DNA of 62,886 nt, counting the filler, from Collodictyon triciliatum (Eukaryota): NCBI GenBank assembly GCA_043381765.1. It is 6 parts of 6 records of this genome, joined end to end, with 100 filler letters (N's around TTAATTAATTAA, not from the genome) between each part and the next. Parts side by side here need not be neighbours in the genome. Positions count along the whole stretch, not along the records: positions 44,374 to 51,277 come from JBHJMP010002389.1; positions 51,378 to 62,886 come from JBHJMP010002391.1; 4 more parts are not named here. The stretch is one strand, 5' to 3'. A model generated the notes under the pieces. That model searched no databases. It was not told the DNA's origin and was given only the letters and a program-made list of their open reading frames with translations. The stretch's first letter is position 1, and every line of letters begins with the position of its first letter. The translations under genes were made by a program, and so were the position numbers. Positions 45,396 to 56,572 of the stretch are shown here, in pieces.

Positions 45396-45710
45396 TTCTA
45401 TGGCTTCCACCGTCTTTATCGTCGGGTGTTAGAGGTCAACAGAAGAGTATACAAGGACCCTCTCAAGCGACAGGAGATGCAAGGCCACATCACTTTCGTA
45501 TACCGCCTTCCCTTCCAGCTCGCAAGATACGCGCAAAGCCGCTTCCTCCGGATTACTGGGAAAGGTCCGTCCCAGAGTGCAGCCTCACCGCCAGGAAAAA
45601 CTCAAACGCCAAAGATTCCCCCAAGCAACCCGGTGACTCCGTCCGAGAGCCTTCGTCCAAGGTCGTTTCTGGGCCGCCTTTTCAATAATGACAAGACAAA
45701 GCAATCATGA
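45396..45710 (+). CDS. Candidate small protein with an LYR-like motif
   Basis: Open frame HRLYRRVLEVNRRVYKDPLKRQEMQGHITFVYR... after a TAG acceptor. No clear in-frame start. Confidence 0.3.
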   Translation, partial: FYGFHRLYRRVLEVNRRVYKDPLKRQEMQGHITFVYRLPFQLARYAQSRFLRITGKGPSQSAASPPGKTQTPKIPPSNPVTPSESLRPRSFLGRLFNNDKTKQS

Positions 45711-46089
45711 CTCGAGTCCGAAGAATCCCAGAAGAGACACTAAACAAACTCACACCACATCCCGTTAGAGAATACAACCTGAACAAAGAGCAAATAAATC
45801 CGTCACCCAACAAACCCTTTTTTTTCCTCCCTTTTTTCTTATCCCTTTCACTTAACCTACTCGTCAGCAGACCCATTCTATGAGCTCAAATGAAGGATAG
45901 GGTTTTCTTTATGTGTGCTCTTTTTTTTTTTTCGTGTGGAACGCTCTGGGTACTCTCAAATATATAGCTTTAACTTGTAAACTCGGGTGAGTTTGTGGGA
46001 GCCGGCCATTCATGTTGTCTTTGGTCTTCGCTCGTATTCTCTCCTCTTTTTTCCTTTGTGATACCTTAATTGCATCTTCTGACAGCATT

Positions 46090-46394
46090 ATTTTTTTTGC
46101 TTTTTGTTTTTTGTTTTGTTATATTTTTATGTTTTTTTTTGTTTTTTTGTTTTTTGTTTTTATTTTTGTTTTTATTTTTATTTTTTTATTGTTTATTGTT
46201 TTTTATTTTTTATTTTTATTTTTTTGTTTTTTGTTTTTGTTTTTATTTTTTTGTTTTTTGTTTTTTATTTTTATTTTTATTTTTTTTATTTTTTGTTGTT
46301 TTTTATTTTTTATTTTTTACTTTTTATTATTTTATTCTTCCTTTCAATTTTGTGCAGGTTGGTGATGTTGGCTTTGGTTCACTAGCCATCGTTT
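46090..46394 (-). mobile_element. 5'-truncated LINE 3' end with a long degenerate A-rich tail
   Basis: 46335-46394 is a reverse-complement match to 10041-10102. The adjacent 46090-46334 is an A-rich array on the element strand. Confidence 0.75.
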
Positions 46395-46529
46395 ATTTAT
46401 TGTTTTTATTTTTTATTGTTTTTATTTTTTGTTGTTTTGTTGTTTTGTTGTTTTGTTGTTTTGTTGTTTTGTTGTTTTGTTGTTTTGTTGTTTTGTTGTT
46501 TGAAGTGGTTGATCGATTTGCAGCTTAGG

Positions 46530-49124
46530 ATGGCCGACTTTCCGACTCTTCAACCGATTTTGCGTCGCTTCTTGGCTGAGGACGATTTCTTTGCGTTAGG
46601 GAATGCCCAGCGGCACAATCAAGCAAAGGAGATGCACTATGAAGCAGAGGAACTGAGTCAGATTTTGAGTGTTGCAGAAAAGAAGTAAGTTAACGGAACG
46701 ACCAGGAATGGCGCCTGCCTCTCATGCAACAACCCTTTACTTCGAAGGTTCATGTGACCGCATTTTTTTTTTAATGATTATTATATCTGTTGCGATAAAT
46801 GTAAGTGCAGTAGTAGTTATTCATATTTGAATCAATCTTTCAAAGTTCTTTTTCGATTCCGTCCTTTTGGCTTTACAAATCTTTCTGGGTTATCAATTTT
46901 GTTATAAAATCAGCTAATATACAGTATCGTTTTCATACTGAATAATAAAAGGGCATTGTTTTAAAAAAAAATATGATAAAAAGGAAAAAAATAGCTTCTT
47001 ATCGTGACAATATATACAACTTTGCATAAGAAGCAGAGCTCCTTTACTAGCAAATAACATAATCATGTATTTAACTAGGATAGAATGTCAGATTGTTGGT
47101 TGTCTGTATACATGTGGCAGTTATGGAGAGTATGATCAGCACTACCAGATGATGCATCAGCACAGATGTCATAAATGTGATGCACCTTTCTGCTCCTCTC
47201 ATATTCTCCATATTCATTTTCAAGAGCATCACGATTTTTTGTTCAAAGTGATGGCTGAAAAACAGAAAATGGTGATATACTATTTATTCATTTTAAAATG
47301 ATAGAATATGCAATCCATAATTTTTTGATTATTTGGCTCTTTTCCCTGTATATCAATGCGATACCAATATTTTCTTTTCTTTTCTTTTCTTTTCTTTGCT
47401 TTGCTTTGCTTTTCTTTGCTTTTCTTTGCTTTGCTTTGCTTTGCTTTTCTTTTCTTTTCTTTTCTTTTCTTTTCTTTTCTTTTCTTTTCTTTTCTTTTCT
47501 TTTCTTTTCTTTTCTTTTCTTTTCTTTTCTTTTCTTTTCTTTGTATTTGAGTATATAGTTCGTGTGATAAAACAAATCCTTACTTCATATACTCGAGACT
47601 ATATGCTTTTTAATGCCGCTGCTAATCTAAGATATTTTCGTTGCATTTGTTCATTCATTTATATTTGTATTATTTTGAATTCGTCGTAAGGATGAAAGAG
47701 AACTAACACATAACATCATCTTAGTACGAGTGCTTAATCGAGGGATGCGAGCGAAGGTTTTCCGGGCCAAAACAAAGGAGGCTTCACATGATTGATTATC
47801 ACAAATTCCCGAAATCTTTCTTTTTCAAGCCCCGGACTACCCCTATAAAGCCAGCCATGCAAAAGGGTGTCAGCCACCCTCAAAATGCGAACGTCATTAA
47901 AGAAAAACAACCTTCAAAGGCCGATGAAAAAATGAACTGGTCAATCAGATCACACGATGGGTAATAGTTAATATGTTATGAACAAACTTGAATTATATAT
48001 TACGAGGCACATTATTTTTTTTTATTTTCTATATTGGTGCCTTTATAGTCGATTTGCCTTAATTAATTCATTCGCCTCTTTTATTGTGGCGTCTTTATTT
48101 ATAACGTTGAGTTCTTTAATCAACAATATCGTCATTTCAAACTTCATCTTTTGTTTTATGCTTGTCGTTACCGGATTTAAAAAATAATAATAATAAGTTG
48201 AAGCACACATTTATAAATGGCGAATGCTTAGTCCTGGTTTCGTATTTTATTGGTATGAATACCTACGTAGAGAATCACAAAAAGAAACTGATAAGCCCCG
48301 GGGGAAAAAGAAGAAGGAGAAGAAAGTAAACGACAAGCCCTCAATAATTGAACAGGCTGATAGAATCCGTGATGGTCTGACGGACTGTGTGGATTCTGAA
48401 AAAGGTTTTTTTTTTAAAAAAAAATAATTCCTTATTACAAACTACATATCAAAAGATACATACATGATTTAATGTTTGCATTATGCAAGGCGATAACCAT
48501 ATAATTATTTCATATGAATGGTTTCGATTGCAAATATAAACCTGTTAGTTGTATCATTTATTTATGTTTTTTTGATGAACTTTTGAAACTACACTTGGCA
48601 GACAAAATGATGGATAATTTGGAGCATGTGTGTGAAATGACACAAGGAATGAATATGGACTTTCCTTCAAGCCCACCGTAAGAGAAAGTTCTGGATTGCC
48701 GCCAAGCTCGGTTTTTGAACACTAATAATTTTTTTAATTTGTTTCGTATGTCTATTGTTTTGTTCATTTATTATTTCATATATACATTATAATTATTCTT
48801 GTCTGTGGTTTATTAAGGAGTGTTCATGAGAGTGCTTTCATTGCTATCGTGAATCTCTCATGCTTGACATCGATTCTTTTCATCTCAATCTTCATCTCTG
48901 ATCGGTTCACGTTCACATATAATATCCTCCTGCAGTCAAGAACAACCATCAGAGAGACGTTTGCCCAGGATAGGAGAGATTCGATTCGGTCGCGGTAGGC
49001 CCCGTGGATTTTCGAGGAAGGTTGTGGGAAACAACGACATTCTCTTGATGTATCTTCAACTTTCTAACCTCGCATGCATTTTAGTAATCAGCAACCGAGT
49101 ACAACTCCATTGACCGTGCGCTGA
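46530..49124 (+). CDS. ZNF511: Zinc finger protein 511-like (C2H2)
   Basis: RRFLAEDDFFALGN, CQIVGC...YDQHYQMMHQHRCHKCDAPF...HFQEHHDFLF, YECLIEGCERRF...RRLHMIDYHKFP, IRFGRGRPRGF. 3' end approximate. Confidence 0.85.
47373..47542. repeat. (TTTTC)n/(TTTGC)n microsatellite in a ZNF511 intron
   Basis: Read directly. Confidence 0.95.
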
Positions 49125-49490
49125 CAGCTGGCGGCCGGCGAAATCAAACCATCCAGATTAAAAAAAAACGACTTTTTCAGAGCTTGAAGATATCGCTTTC
49201 TTTATCATTCTGTTCATGCATGCATGCATGTATGTATGTATGTGTGTATGTATGTATTTGGAAGTGTAGTTTCACTGTTTTATTGTTAAATAATCGCACT
49301 TTTTTTTGATTTTACGTTTTCTAATAAAAAAAAAACGTGGCATTTAGACCGGTTAATAAATAACATAAAAGGTGTAGCACAAGCTCCTTTACTGATGTAT
49401 GGTCTCACTCAGCGAAAAAAAAAAGTATAATTGTGAGGAATCGAAGACAAAAGCCCCAGTTTATATTGCATCAATAATGATGGGCGAAAC

Positions 49491-50107
49491 TTATCCACCG
49501 TGAAGGGTTGAAATGAATGTGACTGTATCGTTGGGCTCTACGACATAGTCCAGATGTCCCAAAAGGTCAGAGTCAGTGTCATTGACAAGAACCAGGATTC
49601 CTGGGCGACTATGGTTTTTTTTTATTTCTTTTTAATAAAAAAAAAAAAACCGGAACGGTTCATAAGAAAGAAAAGCAGTTGACTATTTAACATATGCCTG
49701 ATAAACGGAACAGCAATATCCCACACATCACTGAATAAAGAGTGAACAGAAGGGTATTGTTTCTAGTCGTAAAGTAAACCATTGGTTTATTGTTGTGAGG
49801 GAGATGAAAATGAGGAGATTACACGTTATCTCCTTGCACAAAGAGCTCCGGCCTCTCCTTGAGATGGGCCGTCTTCAGAAGGTTGATCAACTCCCGAAGA
49901 GTTGTAGTCGATCCTTCCCCGAGATCAAGTGTGAATTCCTTCATCTTGCTGAACAGGAGCTCAAGACCCCCACTAGATCGAGGAAAAGACAGCGCCACAA
50001 CGCATACAAAATGGGGTGAAGAGAAGGCACAGAGAGAGGAAAAAAGAAAGAAAAAGAAGCAGAAAAAGAGACTGGAAGGCCTACCTGAATTCAACTTTGA
50101 TTTTCAT
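49491..50107 (-). CDS. URM1: Ubiquitin-related modifier 1, 3 exons
   Basis: [15 protein letters not shown]...[22 protein letters not shown]...[10 protein letters not shown]. Confidence 0.96.
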
Positions 50108-50399
50108 GGCCGGGTTCGATCGCTGGGAGTTCGTCAAAGCTGGGCAAAAGCTGTGATGAGAAAATGAGGTGAAGGCGTTACTCTTGGATCGAGGGTCTGT
50201 CTGGCTACGGGACTGAGATGCAAAAGCAAAGAGCAGGCCCGAAAGAAGGCGGGAGTGAGTACCGCAGTTTATTCAAGAGCAGAACAGCCGCTTTGCCTGC
50301 CAAGACACACCTGCCTTGGTTGATTCTGGGGCTGTGCGTGGGCTTTGCTTGGGAAACGAGAAATTTTCCGCAATGTTTTTCCAGACTGGCGCATGAATT

Positions 50400-51020
50400 A
50401 TGGAAGGCCAGGCCGATATCGCATACGGAGATAAACAAGCGCGCGGGAGGAGACTGGGCTGTCAGGAGGAAGGGCTCGAATAGTAAAGGGGAAGTGCTCT
50501 GCATACTGTGTGGGAGAAGGAATATGTTTTGCTTGGTATTTTTTGTCCTGTTGGTCTGGTATTAGGCAAAAAGGTCTTGCTTATTAAAAAAAATTAATCT
50601 TTTTTTTTTGTTTATTCTACTTCTTTGTTGCATTTTAATAGCTATTTTATATCTTTTCTTTTCTTTCCTTTTTTTTTCTTCCTTTTCTTCTTTTTTTCTT
50701 TTTTTCTTTTTGAAAATAAATGAGGTCAAGGGAGTCGCCTTTGCCTCAAGAAAAAAATGTGTCATGGGCGGAATAGCAGAAAGACTCTATTTTTGCTTCT
50801 CATCTGGATTATTTTCTTCGCTCTATTTTCTATCACCTTTTTATCGCCTTTTTCTCTGATGTTTCTCTGTATCAACCCTGTGGGTTGGCAACCACCCCAG
50901 TACAAAAAGGATATGGTCTAAAAATAAAATAAAAAACTATTATTTGTTCTACTATTATATATGTGATATACAGATAGCAATACCACATTATTAATCATCG
51001 CTGTATTGGTAAAAGAAAGT
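50400..51020 (+). CDS. Candidate 5' end of a membrane-anchored protein, truncated by the spacer
   Basis: Frame RKTLFLLLIWIIFFALFSITFLSPFSLMFLCINPVGWQPPQYKKDM (~50757-50915) followed by a GT donor. Divergent from URM1. Exon structure uncertain. Confidence 0.3.
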
Positions 51021-51177
51021 AATAAGACGCTCCCACCAACCAGAATAGGCTCGAAAGAAACGCTGACAGACTGACAGACTGACAGGCAAAGTATAACAAT
51101 AAGTATGATGGAAAGGTGGAGTCAAAATTATATATATAAAGTAACAAAGCAAAGCGGGAAAAGGCCAAGAGCAACTC

Positions 51178-51213
<36 letters not shown>

Positions 51214-51277
51214 CTTTCAGGGAGTCCAACCATTAAAAAAAAAAAAAAAAAGACCCCGCAGAACACCTCCCCAAACA

Positions 51278-51377
51278 NNNNNNNNNNNNNNNNNNNNNNN
51301 NNNNNNNNNNNNNNNNNNNNNTTAATTAATTAANNNNNNNNNNNNNNNNNNNNNNNNNNNNNNNNNNNNNNNNNNNN
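51278..51377. other. Artificial contig-join spacer
   Basis: TTAATTAATTAA at 51322-51333. Confidence 0.95.
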
Positions 51378-51619
51378 GTACCCTCATTTATACTTTTATT
51401 TTTGTATTTAATTTCTGTATTTTGTGTTTTTTATTTTGTGTTTTTTATTTTGTGTTTTTTATTTTGTGTTTTTTATTTTCTGTTTTTTATTTTGTGTTTT
51501 TTATTTTGTGTTTTTTATTTTGTGTTTTTTATTTTGTGTTTTTTATTTTGTGTACATACGCAATCTACAACAGAGTATCCCAGTGTCTGCTTTGTCATCT
51601 AAAGATTCGCATAACGCAG

Positions 51620-52517
51620 AGGAATATGGTGGTCTGGGCCTCAAGTATACTGAGCACTGCATCGCCATGGAGGAGATCAGTCGTGCATCTGCCTCGGTCG
51701 CCCTCTCATACGGTGCTCATTCGAATCTCTGTGTGAACCAAATTGTCCGAAATGGAAACAAGGAGCAGAATGAATAGTACCTTCCCAAGGTATTATATTA
51801 TCCTACCTGCAACACGGACTCTCGCAGGATCTTTAAAGTACATATATGGCTGTCAATTTGGTTGTTGTCATTAAGCTCGCTTCAGTTAATATTTTCATTC
51901 TTCAAACAAACATGATGTTTTCTTATGCAATATATTAAGTGGAATAAATCTTAGCTCGCTATCACTGATTTCTTTCCAGTGCTAGCCTCTCCACGGTAGT
52001 GTCTTCTCCTACTCGCGTTTGCTCTCTCCCATGCACTCCCATCCCGCCCCTTTGTATGGCATAACCTCGCTACACTTTGAATCGAATAAAGGAAAAAAAA
52101 AGTGGAATAAATCTTATTTATATAAAACTCCAATTCTTTACTTTTTGTAGGATTTTATTGCTCTAACTCCTCACACCACCGAAAATACCACGAAGTTGGC
52201 CCTGGATGCAATCCAAATCTTGGGTATGGAACAATATCTGAATGAATCATTATTGTGTTACTGCTGTGTGGGTAACAATCTAAACACACTGTCGTATCCA
52301 GCAAGCATTCACTTTATATGCATGCATGCCACTTATTGATTCACAAATGCAAGGCGGAAATGGATATATCAATGACTACCCTGCTGGTCGCCTTCTCCGC
52401 GACGCAAAGCTCTACGAAATTGGTGCTGGAACAAGTGAAATCCGCCGCATGCTTATTGGCCGCCATCTTTTGGGAGTAGAGAATAATACGAATCCCTTGC
52501 CGGCGCGCATACATTAG
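51620..52517 (+). pseudogene. IVD: Isovaleryl-CoA dehydrogenase, disrupted (or mis-assembled) copy
   Basis: EEYGGLG...[30 protein letters not shown] with in-frame TAG at 51775, then [46 protein letters not shown]. The central ~200 aa are absent. Confidence 0.8.
51937..52116 (+). mobile_element. 146-bp retroposed insertion with A-tail and 17-bp TSD
   Basis: AAGTGGAATAAATCTTA at 51937-51953 and 52100-52116. The insert ends AATAAAGGAAAAAAA. Confidence 0.75.
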
Positions 52518-53038
52518 GAAACTTTAATCAACCCGCCTCACATCGTATCTCAACTCACGAAGAAAAAAATAAACCCCTAGCAAACAAAGCAATAACTCCG
52601 ACAACATCGCTGGATCGACAACATCTGGAATGAATAAAGAAGAACGAAAAGAAATCCAGTGCCACACGACACGATACGGCAAATCAACCGGTATATAGAA
52701 TGAAGAGATTGTTCTGTGCTAAACAAGTTGTTTTTTTTCTTTTTCTTTTCTTTTTCACGAAATCTGCGAATGAAATGCGACATGACATCCGTGTTTTCGT
52801 TCGCCTCTTGTCCAGGTGCTAGACAAGGCAACATACAGCAATTCATTCGTGTTATCAGCTCATCATGTATTTTTTTGGCATGTGCACCAAGTAACGGCGA
52901 TTGTGAGAAGATTTAACAAATGGCTTTCAGATAGACTAGAGGCAATTTATGTATATACAAAGGAGAAAGAGAACTATAAAGAGAGTGGTGTCGACGGGCC
53001 ATCCCGAGTGCGATTAAAGAGCATCCGGAGTCGTTTTC

Positions 53039-54584
53039 TCAGATATCACGTTGGTAGCAGTGTTTGCGGTCAGGCCTGAAGTAGGTCCCTCCGCCATAAG
53101 CATAGGACGAGGTCCTGCAAGCTGCTTGGCACAAGAGGAATGGGGAGGACGATTCGTACCGCCGCAAATCCGACGATTGTTGTGTTTTTCTCCGAACTTG
53201 CTCCTTTATGACAGGACAAAGTATGAATTATCAATCAAGAAGCAAATAATCTGTCGCTGAACATCGAAAACAGATATAAAAAAACACACACAGATGCAAA
53301 TTCAACCAAAGACCAAGATGAGGAGTAAACCAATCACCATCACATTTGAGATGGAGTCATTTTCCTGTTCACGAAATTATATGTGTGAGTGAAGTAATTG
53401 AGAGAAAAAAAATATATTCCTGCCTTATTTGGGTCCAAACAGCACGCCACACACACTTCGTACACCAAGCAGCACCCGGTCTCGTTGTTACAACCATCAC
53501 ACGTATATTTGGTGTATGAAAATCCTATGTGCGTTGTATATCCAGTTATTTTCATACATAAATATGAAAAACATAAGACGGACATCAAATTGAGGCATCC
53601 TGAATCTCTGGCAATAATCAGTGTAAAAAAGGACAAGATAAATAGGTGGACGGAAACAAAAACAAAAACAAAATTGGGGAACCCCTCTATGTTGGGCCTT
53701 CCTGGAAGATTGACTTACCGTTGACTGGCTGGTTTTGCAGGGCATCGCTCGCAGCCCCGAGCGCATCAGATGACAAACTATCTCCACTCGCTGGGCAGCA
53801 GCCGTCATTCTCCAGATCACCTCGTCTGCAAACAATCCCTTCACATAGAAAAGTAACACCCATATCAGACAACATAAAGATGATGAAGTCCAAGACAGAG
53901 CACGGGTAAGTGTGTACACAAAGCAATATATATATAATCAATTATAAGTGATAACTGATCATTCATGATGATTATAAAGATGGTTGTATAAAGAATCCCC
54001 AAAAGCCAGGCTTCAGGGGGAGGCAACCACCCACCACGCTCGTCCACGGCCCAGACCGGCCCGTCTGCGATGCTGCGACAGCCACGCGGCCCGACCTGCC
54101 CATCCGCGGCAGCCTCTGCGCCTGCCTGACGAGCGTCTGTCTGCAGCGTCCACAGCGCCCCGTGGGGGAGCGCGTCGGCCTCACGCGGGTTGTGTGCAGA
54201 CGGCAGAGTGCGTGGCGGGAGGAGCGGCAGGCCGCTGAGCGAGAGTGCGCACGCCACGAGAAACCCGACGGCAAGCTGCAGGGCTGTGGCCCGTTTGTGG
54301 CTGTGGCTGTGGCTGTGGCTGTGGCTGACGGGCTCTGTGGCTGGTGGCAGCTCAGGCGTCAGAACCGCAGCGTCGTGGCCTTTGGCCGCCCACAGGCAGT
54401 AGCGCGCCTCACGCCAGGCTCCCGGTCCGCGCCGGTGGTCCGAGTCTGTGCGCCCGAGGCGGATCGGCGAGCGAGTTGCGGTCTCATCTTGCGCGGCGCT
54501 TGGAGGGTGCAACATTCCCGCAGCGCCGTGGCCGTGCGTGTCTCTCGGGGCTGGGCAGAGGCTGTGTTGAGCGTCTGAGATCAT
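53039..54584 (-). CDS. SPRING1: SREBP-regulating gene protein SPRING1/C12orf49 (UPF0454), 4 exons
   Basis: TM helix, then CRSIADG...DER|GIVCRRGDLENDGCC, YTCDGC...CCLVYEVCVACCLDP, FLLCQAACRTSS...HCY. Confidence 0.88.
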
Positions 54585-54723
54585 GCAGTGGCAGCTGCGA
54601 TCAGGCCGGGGGCGAGCTGTAAGTCCGCCCGGGCAGCAAAGAAAGCAGAGGAGGAGGGGACAGACAGTCTTGCTGATTCATTAGTTGGTGTGAGTTGGGG
54701 CGTTTATGATACGGTGGGCGCGC

Positions 54724-55365
<642 letters not shown>

Positions 55366-55389
55366 CTAAAGGTGAAGGCGGACCACCGA

Positions 55390-55810
55390 TCAGGAGATGC
55401 GTTATGATATTGTAAATTAGTATGGCATTCCACAATGTATTCATTAAGGAGGAAATGATTGTGATGAGAGCCGGACAGACAGAGGCTTTGTTTCGTTTGA
55501 TCGATCTGTTTCGCTTCATCGAATTTTTCTCGAGGAAAATTTTTGGTTCTCCAGCTTGTGGGCGCGATAGGAGTATCGGCCCCGAATGCTTCATACGGTC
55601 TTACATTCATCAAGCCTCGGGCATAACCTATCCTATCCTATCCTTTAGCTTGCGTAAACACCAAAAGTCATGTAGGAGAAAGCTTCATTGGCTCTAGCTG
55701 AACTGTAAGTTGCAGAATCATCACGTCTGGGTTGGTTGACTAACAAATAGGGGGAACCAATCATTGTTTCTAACTGGTAAACTACTGTCGCTCAACCTTC
55801 GGAGTTGACA
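55390..55810 (-). ncRNA. Candidate intronic snoRNA(s) in the RPS23 5'UTR intron
   Basis: Intron GTAAGT (55889) to AG (55366). C-box TGATGA at ~55723 and ~55612, D-like CTGA at ~55393, hairpin plus ACAGTA near 55810-55782. Box geometry is imperfect. Confidence 0.3.
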
Positions 55811-56572
55811 ACTGCGAGAGGAAGACCTAGCTGTCCGGCTTACGGTGGAGAGGGAAAGCTTAGGAAGGAGGCTATGGGCAATTACTTACGCTGTGTTTCT
55901 AGGTGCTTGCTGATTGCGTTTACTAACACAACAGACTCTTGGGGCGGTCGAAAAAAATTAGAGGATTTGTGTATCGATAGCAGAAAATACTCTGCGCACT
56001 CATAGACCCAACCTCATATTGAATTTTTCACATCCGCTTTTCCAGATTTGGTTTCTAAATTTGGATACGGCTCTTTCATTTTTTCTTTGTTGCTTGGCTC
56101 CCTCCTATCTCTTTTGGCGTTTTCTGTTCTCTTCTACCTCTTTCATCTCTTCTAGTTTTCTTCAAGCTTGAGCGGGTGGACATCCTGGTTGCAATACGTT
56201 CTTACTCTTGTGATTCTATTTGTTGTCAAGTTAAAAGTTTCAAAATGTGAATTGTAGGACTTTCCTTTTCGTATGGCCCGGTTTCTGTGCGAGAATTTTA
56301 TCGCCCTCTTTTCGTTTGTTTTGAGGCTTATTTTAAATTCACTTTATGTTTCTTGTTGTTGGCTGCATACAAAACATGCAGAAAATAATGTCTGGAGGTA
56401 ATATGAATGCTTTGGTCATCGTTGGAAAATAGAAAAGCAAGAGAACTGCGTCTTTATGGTGTTATAATCCGATGCCCATTTCATCACCTCAAAAATTGTG
56501 CCCCAGGCCGAATTAAATTGCAATAACCTAGGGGCGTTTGTTATAATATTGCTTCAATTATAGACTCTTGCA

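Noticed and set aside
50725..50915. U12-type intron (ATATCCTTT with a CCTTGAC branch on -); similar motifs at 3283 and ~19745
   Set aside because: None falls at a supported exon boundary.
51775..51777. Stop-codon reassignment (TAG as sense)
   Set aside because: TAA, TAG and TGA all terminate other genes here, and I saw no in-frame stops in the conserved exons of intact genes.
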